NCBI GenBank assembly: GCA_022813865.1
Contig: JALDZX010000003.1
Location: 620,001-684,000 of the forward strand
Direction: 5' to 3'
From: Xylographa opegraphella
Taxonomy: Eukaryota
Length of the DNA: 64,000 nucleotides
A program made the position numbers and the translations under genes. The notes below the pieces were generated by a model. That model was not told the origin of the DNA, searched no databases, and saw nothing but the letters and a program-made list of their open reading frames with translations. Below, piece after piece: positions 1-13,501 of the stretch. Within the stretch, counting starts at the first letter, position 1. The number at the start of each line of letters is the position of its first letter.

Positions 1-153
1 ACAGTAAGTCAGGCATTGGAGCGTGCAAGAAGAGGCCTGCGGGTCGTGCGGGCAACGAGCACCTACCACAGAGGAATTTCAAGTAGGGTACTGTATCTTG
101 AAAACTCTGAGGATATGGCAGACCACAAAAGGAGACGAGTGGCAGACCACTAG
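1..153 (+). CDS. Possible 3' end of an unidentified gene entering the window (...VLYLENSEDMADHKRRRVADH*)
   Basis: Frame 1 is open from base 1 to TAG at 151-153 and ends in a basic KRRR patch; no family motif visible. Confidence 0.25.
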   Translation, partial: TVSQALERARRGLRVVRATSTYHRGISSRVLYLENSEDMADHKRRRVADH

Positions 154-1584
154 GGGAGAATATCATTATGACTTTTTCGCATACCGGCCATCCTGTTCAC
201 TAAGCAGATTATAGCATGGATTGGTCACCCATATCATCCGGACCATGCGTCTAATTGAGGTGAGAAGAAGCATGTCAAACCTGTTTTCGCAGAGCTGCAG
301 GCAGCCCGTGGGATGTAGTGCATATTGATACCCACGGGACGCATATAGCATTGTTAGCCGCCGACAGTGATTTATGAAGATACTGTCCCAACATTTCAAG
401 GACGGGGACAATTTACTGGTGGTTTCTCAGCTCGCGCACCCAATCAGTTTCTTCGAGTGAAACTTCCAAAGTCGTGGACACTTGACTGACGTATTATGTA
501 TCCACTCGATCATTCATGGCATTTTATTCCTGTTTCGACTCCGAACCTTGTGGACAGCACTGAAATTGTCAAGGGCCCAGACGTGCTCCCCAGATCCTCA
601 TTTTCGACTCTGTTTGTAATTTCCATTCCGGTATATTTTTTGGGATATCGACAACCATAATCATTTCAGAGCGTAGATTTTAGTAAATTGCTATCGAGAG
701 AAAAAGCATTGCCCACGTTCTTGATCACGTACCCGCTGTTACACTGCAACGAAGGCACATCATCTCCATATGAGGCAATCGATCGACACCGATACATACA
801 GAATAGCGAAAGCCTAGTTCCTTGGATATGTGAAATGAACCTTGCCGTTTATTACAGCAGCTAATCCTAGGATAAGCAGTGCGATAGGAGAGTTCGGTAA
901 GCAATAATATCGTGATGCGTCAGTAGGGGGAGATTACACCAGGTGTAGCTACATAGCCGTGGGAAATAATAGGACAGTCGTGCCGTATCGATGGTGCTCA
1001 GTACTCCGTGGTCTTTGATGCGCTGGAGGATTAGCGATCACAATGGCCAGGCGAAATCAGGGGCCACGATATCCCGTTGGCTCATCAGAGCTAGGCCGTA
1101 GGACCTAAACGAGGAGCTGATCCCCTTCATCGAATCTTCAATTCTTGACCTGAGAATGTTATCGTCATCGCCATTGAGGTCCTAATGAAGATAGCAGCAT
1201 GAGATTGCTCAGCGAGCTGTAACGGCATAATGGACATCTCTAGAAGACAATTCAGACTCGATTCTTTATATGTACTTTACTTTAGCATTTGGTCTTGAGC
1301 TCCGCTGCACTTCGCTCTGAGCACGGCGTGGGTTGGACCGCATACTGTGTTGAAACAACCCGGCATCTGCTGAGCTCCCGCAATCACTATGCACTCATCT
1401 CTCATTTTAAATTCAGATGCTTTTTCGTCATGTCAAGGTTCCCCACTCGAGATACCAGCTTTTTGGTGAAGTGCTGTTGCGGCCGCCGCCTCTGGGTCTA
1501 GATAAATGGCTCTGCAGCTTTCCTTTTAGTCTGGTCAAAGATTATATCTTTTTTGCAATCATAACCTCTTTTGTCACTTACAAG

Positions 1585-2748
1585 ATGAACTATTTGATTG
1601 CGCTTACATTGTTGTTTCTGGCGGTGACCTCACGAGCACAATGCCCTAATCCACAGCCCTGCTCTGGTGCTTGTGGTTCTGTACATGATCCCGCCATCGT
1701 CAAGAAAGGAGACAAAAGTTACTACAGGTTCTCAACGTTTGGAGGAATCTCTATAGTAACCGCTCCAAACCTCAAAGGCCCATGGACTGTGCAAGGAGAT
1801 GCTTTACCTGGTGGATCGGTCATTGACCTGCCCGGCAATACTAGTCTTTGGGTATGCGAATCATCCAGTCCTACTTGTACCCTATCGGAAGCACCCAAAA
1901 AGGTTTTGCTCGCTCGGCATAGTGATCACGTTTGATTTGGCATCTGTTTTGAATTATACTGACTTGCCGCTACAGGCACCGGATGTTCACCATATTGGAA
2001 ACCTGTATTATATGTACTATGCCGTTTCCACAGGTGGCTCGCAGAACTCCGCGATTGGCGTGGCAACTTCTCCTTCAATGGATTCAGGCACATGGACTGA
2101 CCACGGCAACCTTGGGATCCTACAATCTCCTAAATATAACCTGATTGATCCCAACCTGCTAATCGTGGATTATGGTGCATCATTACTGCTTTCGTTCGGT
2201 TCCTTCTGGACCGATATCTATCAGATCGAGCTGAGTGATCCACTTACCGTAGCATCGGGGGCTTCGCCGTATCAACTCGACTTCAACTCCACAGGCGTGG
2301 GCAGCGTTGAAGGAAGCTATCAATTCTGGTGGCCAACGAATGGGACCATCTACTACTATCTTTTCAGCTCTAGCGGTGCATGCTGCAACACGCCCCCCAA
2401 CCTTCCACCTCCGGGCGATGAATACAGGATCAACGTCTGCCGCTCTGAAACCCCCAACGGGGGATTTGTCGATAAGAACGGAGTTAGCTGCCTTTCAGCC
2501 AATGGCGGCTCGTTGGTGCTTGGTTCTCATGACAATGTATACGCACCCGGGGGCGAAGGCGTTATGTACGATTCAGACGAAGGCCTTGTGCTCTACTATC
2601 ATTACGGTATGTTGTCTCGTACCACTCCGTAACAGGACTCATCCTTGTCTCAGTGAACCCTACCATCGGATACGACTCTCAGGACTTTCAATTCGGTTTC
2701 AACATTATCTCTTTTGATGTCGAAGGTTGGCCTGTGGTCAGCGCATGA
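1585..2748 (+). CDS. Secreted GH43 endo-1,5-alpha-L-arabinanase (3 exons: 1585-1851, 1976-2606, 2654-2748)
   Basis: Signal peptide MNYLIALTLLFLAVTSRA; HDPAIV, LW|APDVH, YNLIDPN, SFGSFW, VEGSY, GSHDNVYAPGG, GWPVV motifs; GT..AG introns 1852-1975 and 2607-2653. Confidence 0.92.
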
Positions 2749-4023
2749 TTGCAGACGGATACACTGGTCAAATAAACGATGTTGGGCAGGACCCGAAAAT
2801 ATCTTATTGCTGAGCCTAAATACTTCACAGGCGATGTAAATATTTCCATTCAATGTGTATCATAGGACCTGAATTTACGAGCTTGACGTCCCAAACTCAA
2901 TCCAATTTGATGACTGGAAGATTGATTGCCATCAAGTAATCCCAAAGATATGACCCGAACTTATCAGCAGCGAAGTATTCCAGTCTGCTCGAATTCGATC
3001 TATCGGGAGCCGGCTTTCTCCATGAATTCTTACAGATCAACCAATCCAAGCCACGCTTTCTAGCATTTTTGAGATCAAGAGCTCGTGGTCTGTTATTATC
3101 CTTGAGACCCGCTCGTAACGCATAATCGCCAGTCTCAACGCTACGCCACTACAATCTGGAGGCTTTGTTCGTCATACGATTACTGAACAACGCCCTCGGT
3201 TGCAAATTTGCTGGGCACTCTGCTGAAAAAGCAGGCAGGCCGGGCATGAACGTTAACAGCTGCAATCATGACTGAGCAACCTGCTTCCAGGCGCGTCTAG
3301 CGAAAGCACGGTCATTCATTCCAGGACTATAAGGCTCAGACAGTTAATGTCGTGGAGAAGTACCTATTCCACCATTCATGGCATGAGCATGGAGGTAAGA
3401 TTCGGAGTGTGGAACGAAACGTTCAATCGTTTCCCCATCAAGATTTAATTCGTGGAGAGAATATTTTCCGATATCAATAACTACACACGGAATACAAATC
3501 TTATATGAGATTAAATCCCCTGTAATGCTACCGGCTTGTAAAGCCTCTGTTGAGCCCAGGATGTAAGATGAATGCAGGCAATATTCCAAACGAATATCTT
3601 GACCACAACCTAATCGTTAGCAAATATTCTCTCATACTCGTGTCATTCAGCTATGGGTCTTGAGTCCCGTACGAGAAGAGCGCTCGCACCAGGCGAAGCG
3701 GCTCTCAATACCATCATGTTCTTCTCACACGGCGATATAGAAGTAGACCATGACTCTGTCATAGCGTTCTCAAGGCGCTGTGCTACTCACACTTTGCCGC
3801 GCATCGCTCAGCCTGCCGATCATTTGTGCAGAAGTACGGAGTAGGGAGCAGACTTCGTGATGTGCCAAGCATTTAACATCGCCAACCTCGGCTAGATGCC
3901 GAAATGATTAAGACTGAACAGGCGCCATTCTGTCATGCTTACTAAAGAAGGATTCTGTCCGTCATCGGTGCCTATAAGCCGTCCATCAAAGGAACTTCTC
4001 ATGATGTTGGTATTATTGCCTAC

Positions 4024-5141
4024 ATGATGCCGGAATTGCCCTCTCATGCCTCGCCAGTGTACTCGCCCCGGCCTCTTCCAGGAAGGTCAATATCGCAATA
4101 CACCCTCGACCATGATCGAACGGATTCACCGCCAGCGAATCTTATCAGTCCCGCCTTCACCCCCCCAGCGACGCCCGGCACGGGCACACCAGCTTATCAG
4201 CGAGAACCCAAGTCAGTTCAGGTGGATACCTCAAATGAAAGGCCGCCGAAACTCCTTGAGACCTTGCCAGAGGTCAATTGTATCGTGCGGGCCAGGATTC
4301 CCACAGTGACAGGCGCAGAAATGTTCCTACATTTATACCAAAACAATGTGGATGACAAGGAACATCTTGCAATTGTCTTTGGACCCCATATACGCTCGAC
4401 ATCGCTTGACGCTGTGCGACCTGGGGAGACGGAGCTAGACCGGATGATCAGAGGGGCATATACCGGTAGGCTGCATCCAGGACGCACGTCAAGTCGCATA
4501 GACTCGCATCTCGCCGAATTGAGGAGTCTAGGCCCGACATCTGATCCTAATTCTCTATCCGCACCATCCTCGCCTTCATCTCCAGCCCTTGTTCGTATAC
4601 ACTCAGAGTGTTATACGGGAGAAACGGCTTGGTCTGCTCGATGCGACTGTGGGGAGCAATTGGACGAAGCTGCACGGCTCATGTCATTACCATCTTCAAC
4701 CGGTGGTGTGATTGTCTATTTAAGACAAGAAGGGCGAGGTATCGGATTGGGGGAGAAACTCAAGGCGTACAATCTTCAGGACTTAGGATCGGATACGGTA
4801 GAGGCGAATCTGCTGTTACGGCACCCTGCCGACGCAAGGAGCTACGGATTGGCCACGGCTATACTCATGGATCTCGGGCTTGGGGGGGACGTGGGAATCC
4901 GTCTCCTGACGAACAATCCAGACAAGACTCGTGCTGTGGAGGGACCAAACCGCGAAGTGGTTGTAAGAGAAAGAGTAGCTATGGTTCCGTTGGCCTGGAA
5001 GACAAATGGCAAAAGAGGGATACATAGTGAAGAGATCGAAGGCTACTTGAGGACCAAGGTAAGACGCTTACTCAAGAACGCGAGAGTTCCCGCGATGCTA
5101 ATTATGGACAGATCGGTAAGATGGGCCACATGATAGAATAG
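4024..5141 (+). CDS. RIB1: GTP cyclohydrolase II (riboflavin biosynthesis)
   Basis: [38 protein letters not shown]; a short terminal intron (~5059-5111) gives the [14 protein letters not shown] ending. Confidence 0.95.
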
Positions 5142-5443
5142 ACGATGGGGTGTAGAGATGCTTCTTCGTACCTTCTTTAAGCGTAGGCGTTGGGGACTGG
5201 AAAACAATTCTCGACGCACATGAGATTGCGCGAATATACCAACCATGTAGCAAGAGTTGTATAGGAAAATAGTTGAACTTCTTGAATTGCTCGGCGTATC
5301 TTACTGCCAAGACGGATATAGATTTACCGGAATACCGGAGGTTTGTAGGGCTAGCAAGATTTACATGACTCGCATTCGACAACGATTGGGACACACGCTG
5401 ACAAAGTCCAATTTCCTTGGCCCGGAGTGGTCCCACTTTCCTG

Positions 5444-6970
5444 ATGTTTCCAATTGAACCTGCAGACCATGCCAAATCATTGGTCAGTAGTAGTGGCAGT
5501 GCTGATACCTCACCAGCAAGTCCTTCCTTCAACGGAAGCAGAAAGCGGCTGGCTTCAGGATCACGAGGCATAGCCAACCTGACACCCGATCAACTGGCCA
5601 AGAAGCGCGCAAATGATCGCGAAGCCCAACGGGCCATACGTGAGAGAACGAAGCTGCAGATCGAGAGTCTGGAGAGAGAGATCAGGCAATTGAAGTCTCA
5701 GAAACCGTATCAAGATCTTCAGCTTGTGGTGCAGCAGAAACAGGCCGTGGAGGCTGAGATTGTAGACTTGAAGAGACGGTTAGCCTCGGTCCTCCATATC
5801 ATAAAACCGTTGGTAGCAGGCTTCGAGCATGGTAGCTATACATCAATGATCACTGCTATTGGACTATCTGCACCGCGGCTAATTTGTCCTACAGAAGACC
5901 TCGGCTCACCCCAATATCAAGATCACCATGCGAAAAGAGAAGATACTGCGGTTCCAGCAGACTATGTTAATGTCCCTCTTACCAGAGCTGGAGCAAATGT
6001 GTACTTACCTCCACCCTCATCCCCAGCTATTTGGAGTGTCTCCAGTGCTACCATCTCCAACAGCGAATCAGTCCCGGTGTCTCTTGCACCAGAGAACACT
6101 CTCGATAGACAAAGAGCTTTGGCGATGACTCTACAGGCCGAGAGATCTTCCTATAATCCCTGTGTGAACCAACGACAAGAGATACCAGACATTAGGCATT
6201 TACTAGCCGCTCATCGAGGAGGACCGCCACTACCAGCAGACTCGCATATCACACTTACTGCATCCCTCGATAGTCCGATTCGAGCAGCCAACCGTGGATT
6301 TTGTGATGGTAGAGTAACGCTATCGGCAAGGTTACCATCAAATACATCATCTTCGTGTCCATTGGACGCTTTACTGCTTGACTTCCTTGCAGATCGACGA
6401 CAACGGAGCGCCGAAGGCATGTCCAATGCTGATCTAATTGGACCAGCTTACCCAAGCTTTCATTGTCTTTTCAGACCTGACCTCGGTCGTTTTACACATG
6501 ACCTTTCAAGGTTTTTTACGGATATTCTGGCAACCTTTCCTGATCTCAAAACACCGCCAGAACAGGTTGCGGTTCTGTACATCATGTTCTTGATAATGCG
6601 ATGGCATATATCTCCCAACCAAGCGAACTACGACCGTCTACCAGACTGGGTCAAACCCAGCACCTCCCAGCTTCACGATCCTCATCCGCCTTGGATTGAC
6701 CACTTACCGTGGCCACGTCTACGAGACAAGCTGATATCGCACTATCACCGGTTTCCGTTTGATAACTTCTTCATTCCTTTCACGACGACTTTATCTCTGA
6801 ACTGGCCATACGAGCCCAAAGATGCCCTCGTTCCGATACCGAATTCGGAGGAACTTTCGATCAATCCCATTTTTGAAAGACATCTGCGCGATCTCAGTAA
6901 TTGGAGCCTGGGCCCTGCGTTTGCAATGGCGCTTCCGGAATTGGCGGAAACTGTACGGATAAGAGAATAA
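5444..6970 (+). CDS. bZIP transcription factor with C-terminal DUF3425-type domain
   Basis: Basic region LAKKRANDREAQRAIRERTK followed by a zipper; HPPWIDHLPWPRLRDKL and INPIFERHLRDLSNWSLG; probable 63-nt intron 5832-5894; ATG at 5444. Confidence 0.88.
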   Translation: MFPIEPADHAKSLVSSSGSADTSPASPSFNGSRKRLASGSRGIANLTPDQLAKKRANDREAQRAIRERTKLQIESLEREIRQLKSQKPYQDLQLVVQQKQAVEAEIVDLKRRLASVLHIIKPLVAGFEHGSYTSMITAIGLSAPRLICPTEDLGSPQYQDHHAKREDTAVPADYVNVPLTRAGANVYLPPPSSPAIWSVSSATISNSESVPVSLAPENTLDRQRALAMTLQAERSSYNPCVNQRQEIPDIRHLLAAHRGGPPLPADSHITLTASLDSPIRAANRGFCDGRVTLSARLPSNTSSSCPLDALLLDFLADRRQRSAEGMSNADLIGPAYPSFHCLFRPDLGRFTHDLSRFFTDILATFPDLKTPPEQVAVLYIMFLIMRWHISPNQANYDRLPDWVKPSTSQLHDPHPPWIDHLPWPRLRDKLISHYHRFPFDNFFIPFTTTLSLNWPYEPKDALVPIPNSEELSINPIFERHLRDLSNWSLGPAFAMALPELAETVRIRE

Positions 6971-7149
6971 AGGAAGATCACTTTGGTCTGTTCCTATCGG
7001 CGGGATTATAATCTTGCATTTATATTTGTGACTGTTTATCGTTTTCCATCTCGAAATTATCCCACAGGTTAGTCTTGAGATGTGTAGCCACTTGTTGGTA
7101 GTACTAATCCCGAAATTCCAGGTTGTTAAAGCTTCGAATCTGCTCTAGA

Positions 7150-10100
7150 CAGCGATCCTCATGAAAGAAAAGTGCATGAATTATGGCTTGGTGATATAGA
7201 TCACTTCGTCGTAGCATTTGCTCAGGATTCCGGGAGCCTTAGATTAAGATCACCGGTGGAGCTTTCCGCTGAAGTTGTGAACTTTGCGTTGAGACGCAGC
7301 TCCAAAAGTACAACACCCATTGCCGTAAGTGTCGGAATTGGATGGTTCGCCTGTTTTAGCTGGGCCATATCAGCCAGTTGGTCGTTTGCCAATACGGCTT
7401 GTTTGATCTGGGGCGAGACGCAAGGACTCTGGAGGGCAGACCCCGGAGACTTCATGAAAACAAGGTCTCTGTCAACAAGGAAGGAGATGTGTTCGGTCGT
7501 TCAATGTCGTCTACGTCAAGCACGCTCGTGGAGGTTCGAATAAGAGTACGCCAGTACCGAAGCTGAGATTGCTTTCTCCTTTTTCGCAAGCCATCGTTTG
7601 TCTGATACTGGGGGAGCTCCAACAGTATCAATTGCAGCGTCAAGATCCTCGGCTCTTTGGGTATCGTCCACCTGTAGAGATTATGGTATGGGACTTTCCG
7701 CACTTGGTTGTTGTCGTGGATAATCAGTTCCGGGGTTTTCATTAGCAATTGCATCCTCAATCGTCGCATCATCATTCTGCAGAGCTTTACGAGAAGGATT
7801 GCTTCCGCTTAGGTATTCTCACACCTATATCCGTTTTCGAGGCTCTTTCGCGCGCAGCAGTTCTTCCTGGGCCATGCATATAGTAGTCTGGCATTGGATG
7901 GATGATGTTCTGAGAAATCATGACTCGAAACAGGTCTCATCCGTGACTATGAATTCATAGTGGCATCCTCTAAGACATAGCCGGACCTCGTGAGTCAGAG
8001 GACAATTGCATCTACAATGATGCGACAATATCTAAGGGAGAAACTGAGCTTGTTTTGCACATCACGGAAGACAGCATTTGCAGGTTGCTTTAACTGGTCT
8101 TTTCGTACCGGCGGCCTCCATTGAAGAGAGACGCAGCGCTTTGCGACATCGCCGTTGCATCCTTTGATCACCTGCAGCAATCGTTGCGCAGCGGCGCTTT
8201 CCAGGCAATCGTGGCACAATTCCACAGCTCAGGCCCACCTAGGCGGCTGTTATCCTGTCGCCTTTTGAGCTGATCGTGCAGCGATTCGACGTTGGTTACA
8301 TACCATGAGTTGCGAGGTTAAGTGGACTGTATATTTAACATCATAGATAGCTGTATCTTATGAGAAGTATTATCACCATGCATACGTCGCTCTCTTTGTG
8401 AAAGGGATAACATGCTGCTCCTCTCGAGCTGTCCGATCAACGCGTCCTCTATCCTTCTCAGTGGTATGATAAACGCTTCATGTACCGGAGCCTGCCTTCC
8501 CGAAATCTCCCGCCGCACGAATCCTTCCTCTCACGCCTAACTTCCCTGTTCCTCGAGTAGAGAGCGCCCTCTTGATCGAGGCCTCGATATCGAGATCCGC
8601 CCAGACCCCCCCTAGAGTATGTTTGCCGCAACAAGGCAGACTAGATGTATTGACCGTCGACGTACTCGCGTGAGCTTCTTCCCTCGTTCCAGAAGCCACC
8701 AGTAGAACGAACCCAGAGCGTCCCGACTCATGCTCTACGGTTTTCACCCACGAGAATAGCCTCCGATTTACACTAGATTTCCATTGAGAATACACATACC
8801 GTCACGCCGGGATGGCTACACGCAGGCACGGTTTGTGGTAACTTGAGCATATAATATAATTATGAAATGTAACCGGTGCATCTATTGTATTCTAACGATG
8901 GCTGCTCGCAAATGAGAGCCATTCTCGCCCAGTACTTATTGCTTGTTCGTGTGGAGGACCGCATCACGCCAGCCTTGCTTTCCGAGCATCTCATCCGCCG
9001 TTGACTACGCTCGATACATAGATGGTGCAAACGTATCGCCGGCCGCACAGAAAAGCATTTCCTGATGAATCGCTGGAAGTGGGTGGAAGAGTGAAGGAGT
9101 AAACGTGCAGCACAACTGATGAATGCTGAGGCAGGACGACAAACTCTCGGCATAGCCTCGTAGATCTGTTTACTCGATACTTGTGGCTTTGGTGGAGTAT
9201 GGAATAGCAATGCAATATTGGAGGGTGGTCGAATACATCAACTTCATCTGGGTGGGAATTATTAGCCACATGTGTGTTACTATCACATACGACAGTGTCG
9301 AGTTTTACATACAGAGCTGATCGCACGAGATAGTTGATCTTCAATATCACCTGGATCCTCTGGACTACTACCATCAGGTCAAGTTGACATTGGTCTCCTA
9401 ACACCACTAGTCGATGTCAATGATGACAGATACTTCCAATGTCCCTACTGCGGTGTGCTTCTTCCACTTGCGAAATTGAAACGCCGCGCTTGGAGTATGT
9501 AACTAGCACACCTCGAGGATTACTATTGATTGTGACAGTGAAAAGGATGTCATAGCGGGCCTCCGTCTCTGTGTTTGTGTTCTCGACGATTGCCAGAATC
9601 ATAACCTCAACATAGAATCGGAAGATGACTGTTTCGAGCAAGTGAAATGGCGGCATAACCGCATTTGGTGCTGCGACAGATTCGAGCATTCGCCAAAGGT
9701 ATTTTTACCCGTTGCGAAGAACTCGACAATCACATGAGATAACTCAACACAATCATCTTTCAAGACTGCCAGCTTGGCATGCTCGCCAAGATCTCCGCAA
9801 AGCACTCCGCTACCTCGTCAGAGCGTTGTCCGTTCTTGGATTAATCAGGTAGAGTAAGATCGGAAGCATCTGACCAAGATAAGATTGGCACCAGAGCAAG
9901 GCTTGGATAGGTTCTGATGTAAAGTCAAATAATCAGCTTCTCAGCTTCTTCCGATTGGTTCTACCAGAACGCGAAGATCTTCAAGGCGATGAACCTGTAG
10001 CCAGGACTTCGTAGACCGTTGCGTGAAGCATTTAAAGTCTTTAATTCGAACGATGAAGACGTCGGTGAACAACGTACCATCAGAGATTTTTGAGACAGCT

Positions 10101-10161
10101 GGTTAAGACTGAGCGTTCGCCAGGCCTCGAGATGAGACACCTGTACCTGATCCAGTACCAA
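7150..10161 (-). pseudogene. Heavily decayed gene relic(s), fragments resemble fungal DUF7580-like (kinase-like remnant) proteins
   Basis: Chain of short protein-like minus-strand fragments broken by stops and frameshifts: SICHH, HPGVTVCVFSMEI, VAKRCVSLQW..AVFRDVQNKL, RILTLQLILLEL..DIERP, HPIPTLTAMGVVLLELRL; family and boundaries are tentative. Confidence 0.4.
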
Positions 10162-10378
10162 TAAGTATCGCTCTCTTGAGGCGGTTTTGGCGGCCTCCGG
10201 TACCTGATATCATATTTATTTCAACAGGGCTACACCGGCAATGTAAGCCATGTTAATACTGAGGGTATGACATGAGAGTCTACGGTGCATAACGTTCGAA
10301 CTCGAATGTAGGCCTAAATCGGGGTCAGTCTGTGATGAGCTCATCGAACCAGAATGGCGAGGTGAAATCTGACAAGCT

Positions 10379-13300
10379 TCATCTGGCTGGTAGGTGGGCC
10401 GCCAAAGTCTGCTCAAGCTTGAGAAGAGAAAGCGGCTTTGCAAGGAAATCAGTAGCGCCAGCGGATCGGAATAGCGTTTGAGACTCGGCACTGACGACCG
10501 CGGTCAATGCGATGATGGGCCTTTTCCGAGAGAGTAACCCAGCTTCTTCCATTGCACGAATTTCACGCGTCGCTGAGATGCCATCTTTTCGTGGCATGGA
10601 CTGGTCCATCAGGACTACATCCGTCGTGGCATCGTGCTCCACGAGCTTTGTGATGGCCTCCTCACCGTCCGCTGCAATCCGGACTTGATATCCCAGCGAT
10701 ATTAGCATCTTCTTCCCAAGCTTCTGGTTGATCTATACAAGTTGTGTTAGTCAAGTTTTAAGCACGAAAAGGTGATACGTGGGCATACCGGATTGTCTTC
10801 AACCAGAAGTACTTCCAGCCCTCTGGAAGTCGACTCTTTCTTAGGCTGACTTTGCTGGTCATCGCTCACGATATTGACTTTGGATGCAAACCTGACCGTT
10901 CTGCCAAGCGAAGTCTTCTGAGATGACTGGCGGGCCAATTCAATGCGTTGCTGAAATGTATGCCAAACTAAAGGTTTTGGTAAAGGAACAAAGTGCGATG
11001 CTGATTGAAGGCCGGGTATTTGCCGTAACGTATCTTGCGTGTCGTACGGCACAAGGACCGTCCATCGATCTTGCTTCAAAAGTTGATTAAGATCCGTGGG
11101 GTTTTGTAACAAGAAAGAAGACTCTGCCCAGACGTATTGACATCCGAACTCAGGGAGGTCAGAGTACCCTGTGACCATAATTACGTTGAATCCAAATTTC
11201 TCCCAGGCTAAGGTTATCCCATGGATGTATTTTTTGTTACCCCCACGAAATACTGCAACATTAGGAAGTACGTTTGTATTTGACATTTCTTGTCTAGACG
11301 TACTAGACGGCAGTTGCACGGGTATTTTGACGGTGAAGGTGCTGCCAGTTTGGCCATCCTCAACTCCTATACAGTCCGGATGTCTGCTTTCCACAAAAAT
11401 TGATCCTTGCATATTGTGCAGAAGTTGTTTGATGATGCTTAAACCAAGCCCTGTACCCCTCTGGGAGCCTCTTGTCTGAGCTTGTTTGAACGGCTCGAAA
11501 AGCTGAGGCAGAAAGGAGGGTGGCACACCACAGCCGGTGTCCTTAACAGTGGCAACGAGTTCGTCATTATTGGACTCTATGAGTAATAATATATAGCCAG
11601 ATCTTGTAAATTTAAGTGCATTAGATAGAAGATTCATAAGTATTCGATGAATATATATTTCGTCCAAGAAAAGTGTACGAGGCACATTGGGCGTCACGAC
11701 AACCATCACTTCCGCTTCATTGTCGTCGTCTTTGTTGGGAAGTAATACTAAGATTGATTCGCAGACTGTTCTTATATCCAAAGCGACAGGGCGGCAGGTG
11801 GTTTCTGCATCCTTTTCTAGCTTTGACCAATCCAGCACGTTATTCGTTACTGGAAATATATTAGCGTTCAAACAACAGCAAATACTCATCTGACATACTC
11901 AATGATAGGGTCTTCGTAGCATGTTGAATGGCACAGAGAAGCATACGGCCTTCTTCAGTAAGTTCGGTGCGAGCCATCAAGTCGCTATATCCTTGCAAGT
12001 GATGAAGAGGTGTCCGTATTTCGTGAGAGGCAGAGGCGATGAAATCGCTTCTGGCTGCTGCAGCAGCTTCGGCATTCTCCTTTTGTGCAATAGTCATCCA
12101 GAGCTTTCTTCGGGTCCAGATGATCTCCGCCATCTTGTTGCGTGAGACGGTTGCTGCATGTGCCAACAGGCCATTTGCAGCAATGCATGTTGTGATGGCT
12201 ATGCTACCAATGGCAATAGCTAAGGCTGGAGGATAACCCCTTTTGTCAGATGGTGGCGACGTAGATGAAAAGGTGGTAGCCTGCATTCCGGTAAAGTGCA
12301 TCGCAGCAACACCGGTTGTCGCAACAATAGAGAAAAGAAACTGTTGTCCTAGGTGAGTTTCCATTTTGGACATCAAAATGCACCCTATATGGCAAACGAC
12401 CCAGCTGATCAAGCCCGAGAGAACCACAAAGGCTGGATCAAGAGTGGAATATCCATTGGGGATACGTAATGCAGCAATACCAACATAATGCATGCTAGTA
12501 ATGGCAAGAGACCACAAAAACCCTTTGATGGCATGCTTCCATGTGCACCCATGGTAGAGCGCCTCCCAAGTTGCGATAAATGCATTTTTAGCTGGAGCGG
12601 CACCGCGATAAGCAAGATTTCGAATACTGCCAAGCCCATTGTAGCCGATATTTGACCCGGTGAATGATGAGCGTCGCGACATCGATCTGTCACTCGAGGT
12701 TCTTGGCATAGAATTCGTAGAATCTGTTCTTACTTTTCCGTGACTTCCAGATATTGGTTCTATACCCGGTCTCAAGCCATGAGCATGAGGCTTTGCAGGC
12801 AATTCTCCGGGGAATCCATTAAGGAGAGTAGGAGAAATGTTGTAGGTCGCATCAACCTTGGGTGTGGGCTGGGCGGTGATGGGAGACGTTGGTCGACTAT
12901 TCGTATCTGAAATTGTACTCTCATCCCCATCTGGCACTTGCCCATCAAGCCAGTCTGGCCTTGATGACAGTTCGGGACCTTCCGCAATATCACCATAATC
13001 CTCATCTTCCTGCGCTGAAGTATCAAGAAGAGGTTTGGACGAGTATTCCCACGTGTTTATGCTTGAACGTTTTGCATATGCACTTGACTTATGTTTTCGT
13101 CTGAGTGACCGACTCGTTGACCGCCTCCGTTTGTATCTGTCCCACAATAAATCGGAGGCCAAGGCTGCAAAGGTGAAAAGGACGGCGAGCACAGAACTGA
13201 GGAGTGTCAACGGCACGTCTATTCCTATTGGTAGATCAAGTTCACATGCCAACATAGCGACGAAGTGAAGACTCCAAATAGAGCAGAAGCCAAACGTGAG

Positions 13301-13501
13301 ACTCCCGAGGATCGTCCAGATCAGTACACTTGAGAAATGTAGCGATATCCTTGCTTGACACATGAGTTGCGTAGACGTGAAAGCTCCGAGGAGTGAGATA
13401 GCAATCGACGCAGTTATCATCCCGTAGTCCCAGCGTGGTTCCAGATGACGGAGTAATTCATCCCCAGACGTAGCCATTCCAGCCGACACATCGTCCCTCA
13501 T
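10379..13501 (-). CDS. Membrane-bound hybrid histidine kinase: MHYT sensor - HisKA - HATPase_c - receiver (exons ~13501-11899, 11849-10789, 10732-10379)
   Basis: TM helices with WSLHFVAM, TSMHYVGI, AAMHFTGM; H-box SHEIRTPL; N-box MNLLSNALKFT; DTGCG, LFEPF, GTGLGL; receiver LLVEDN, VLMDQSMP, IALTA, LAKP. Confidence 0.93.

Noticed and set aside
116..159. TGGCAGACCAC repeated twice, 24 bp apart
   Set aside because: Only two short units; not a CRISPR array or meaningful repeat in a eukaryotic context
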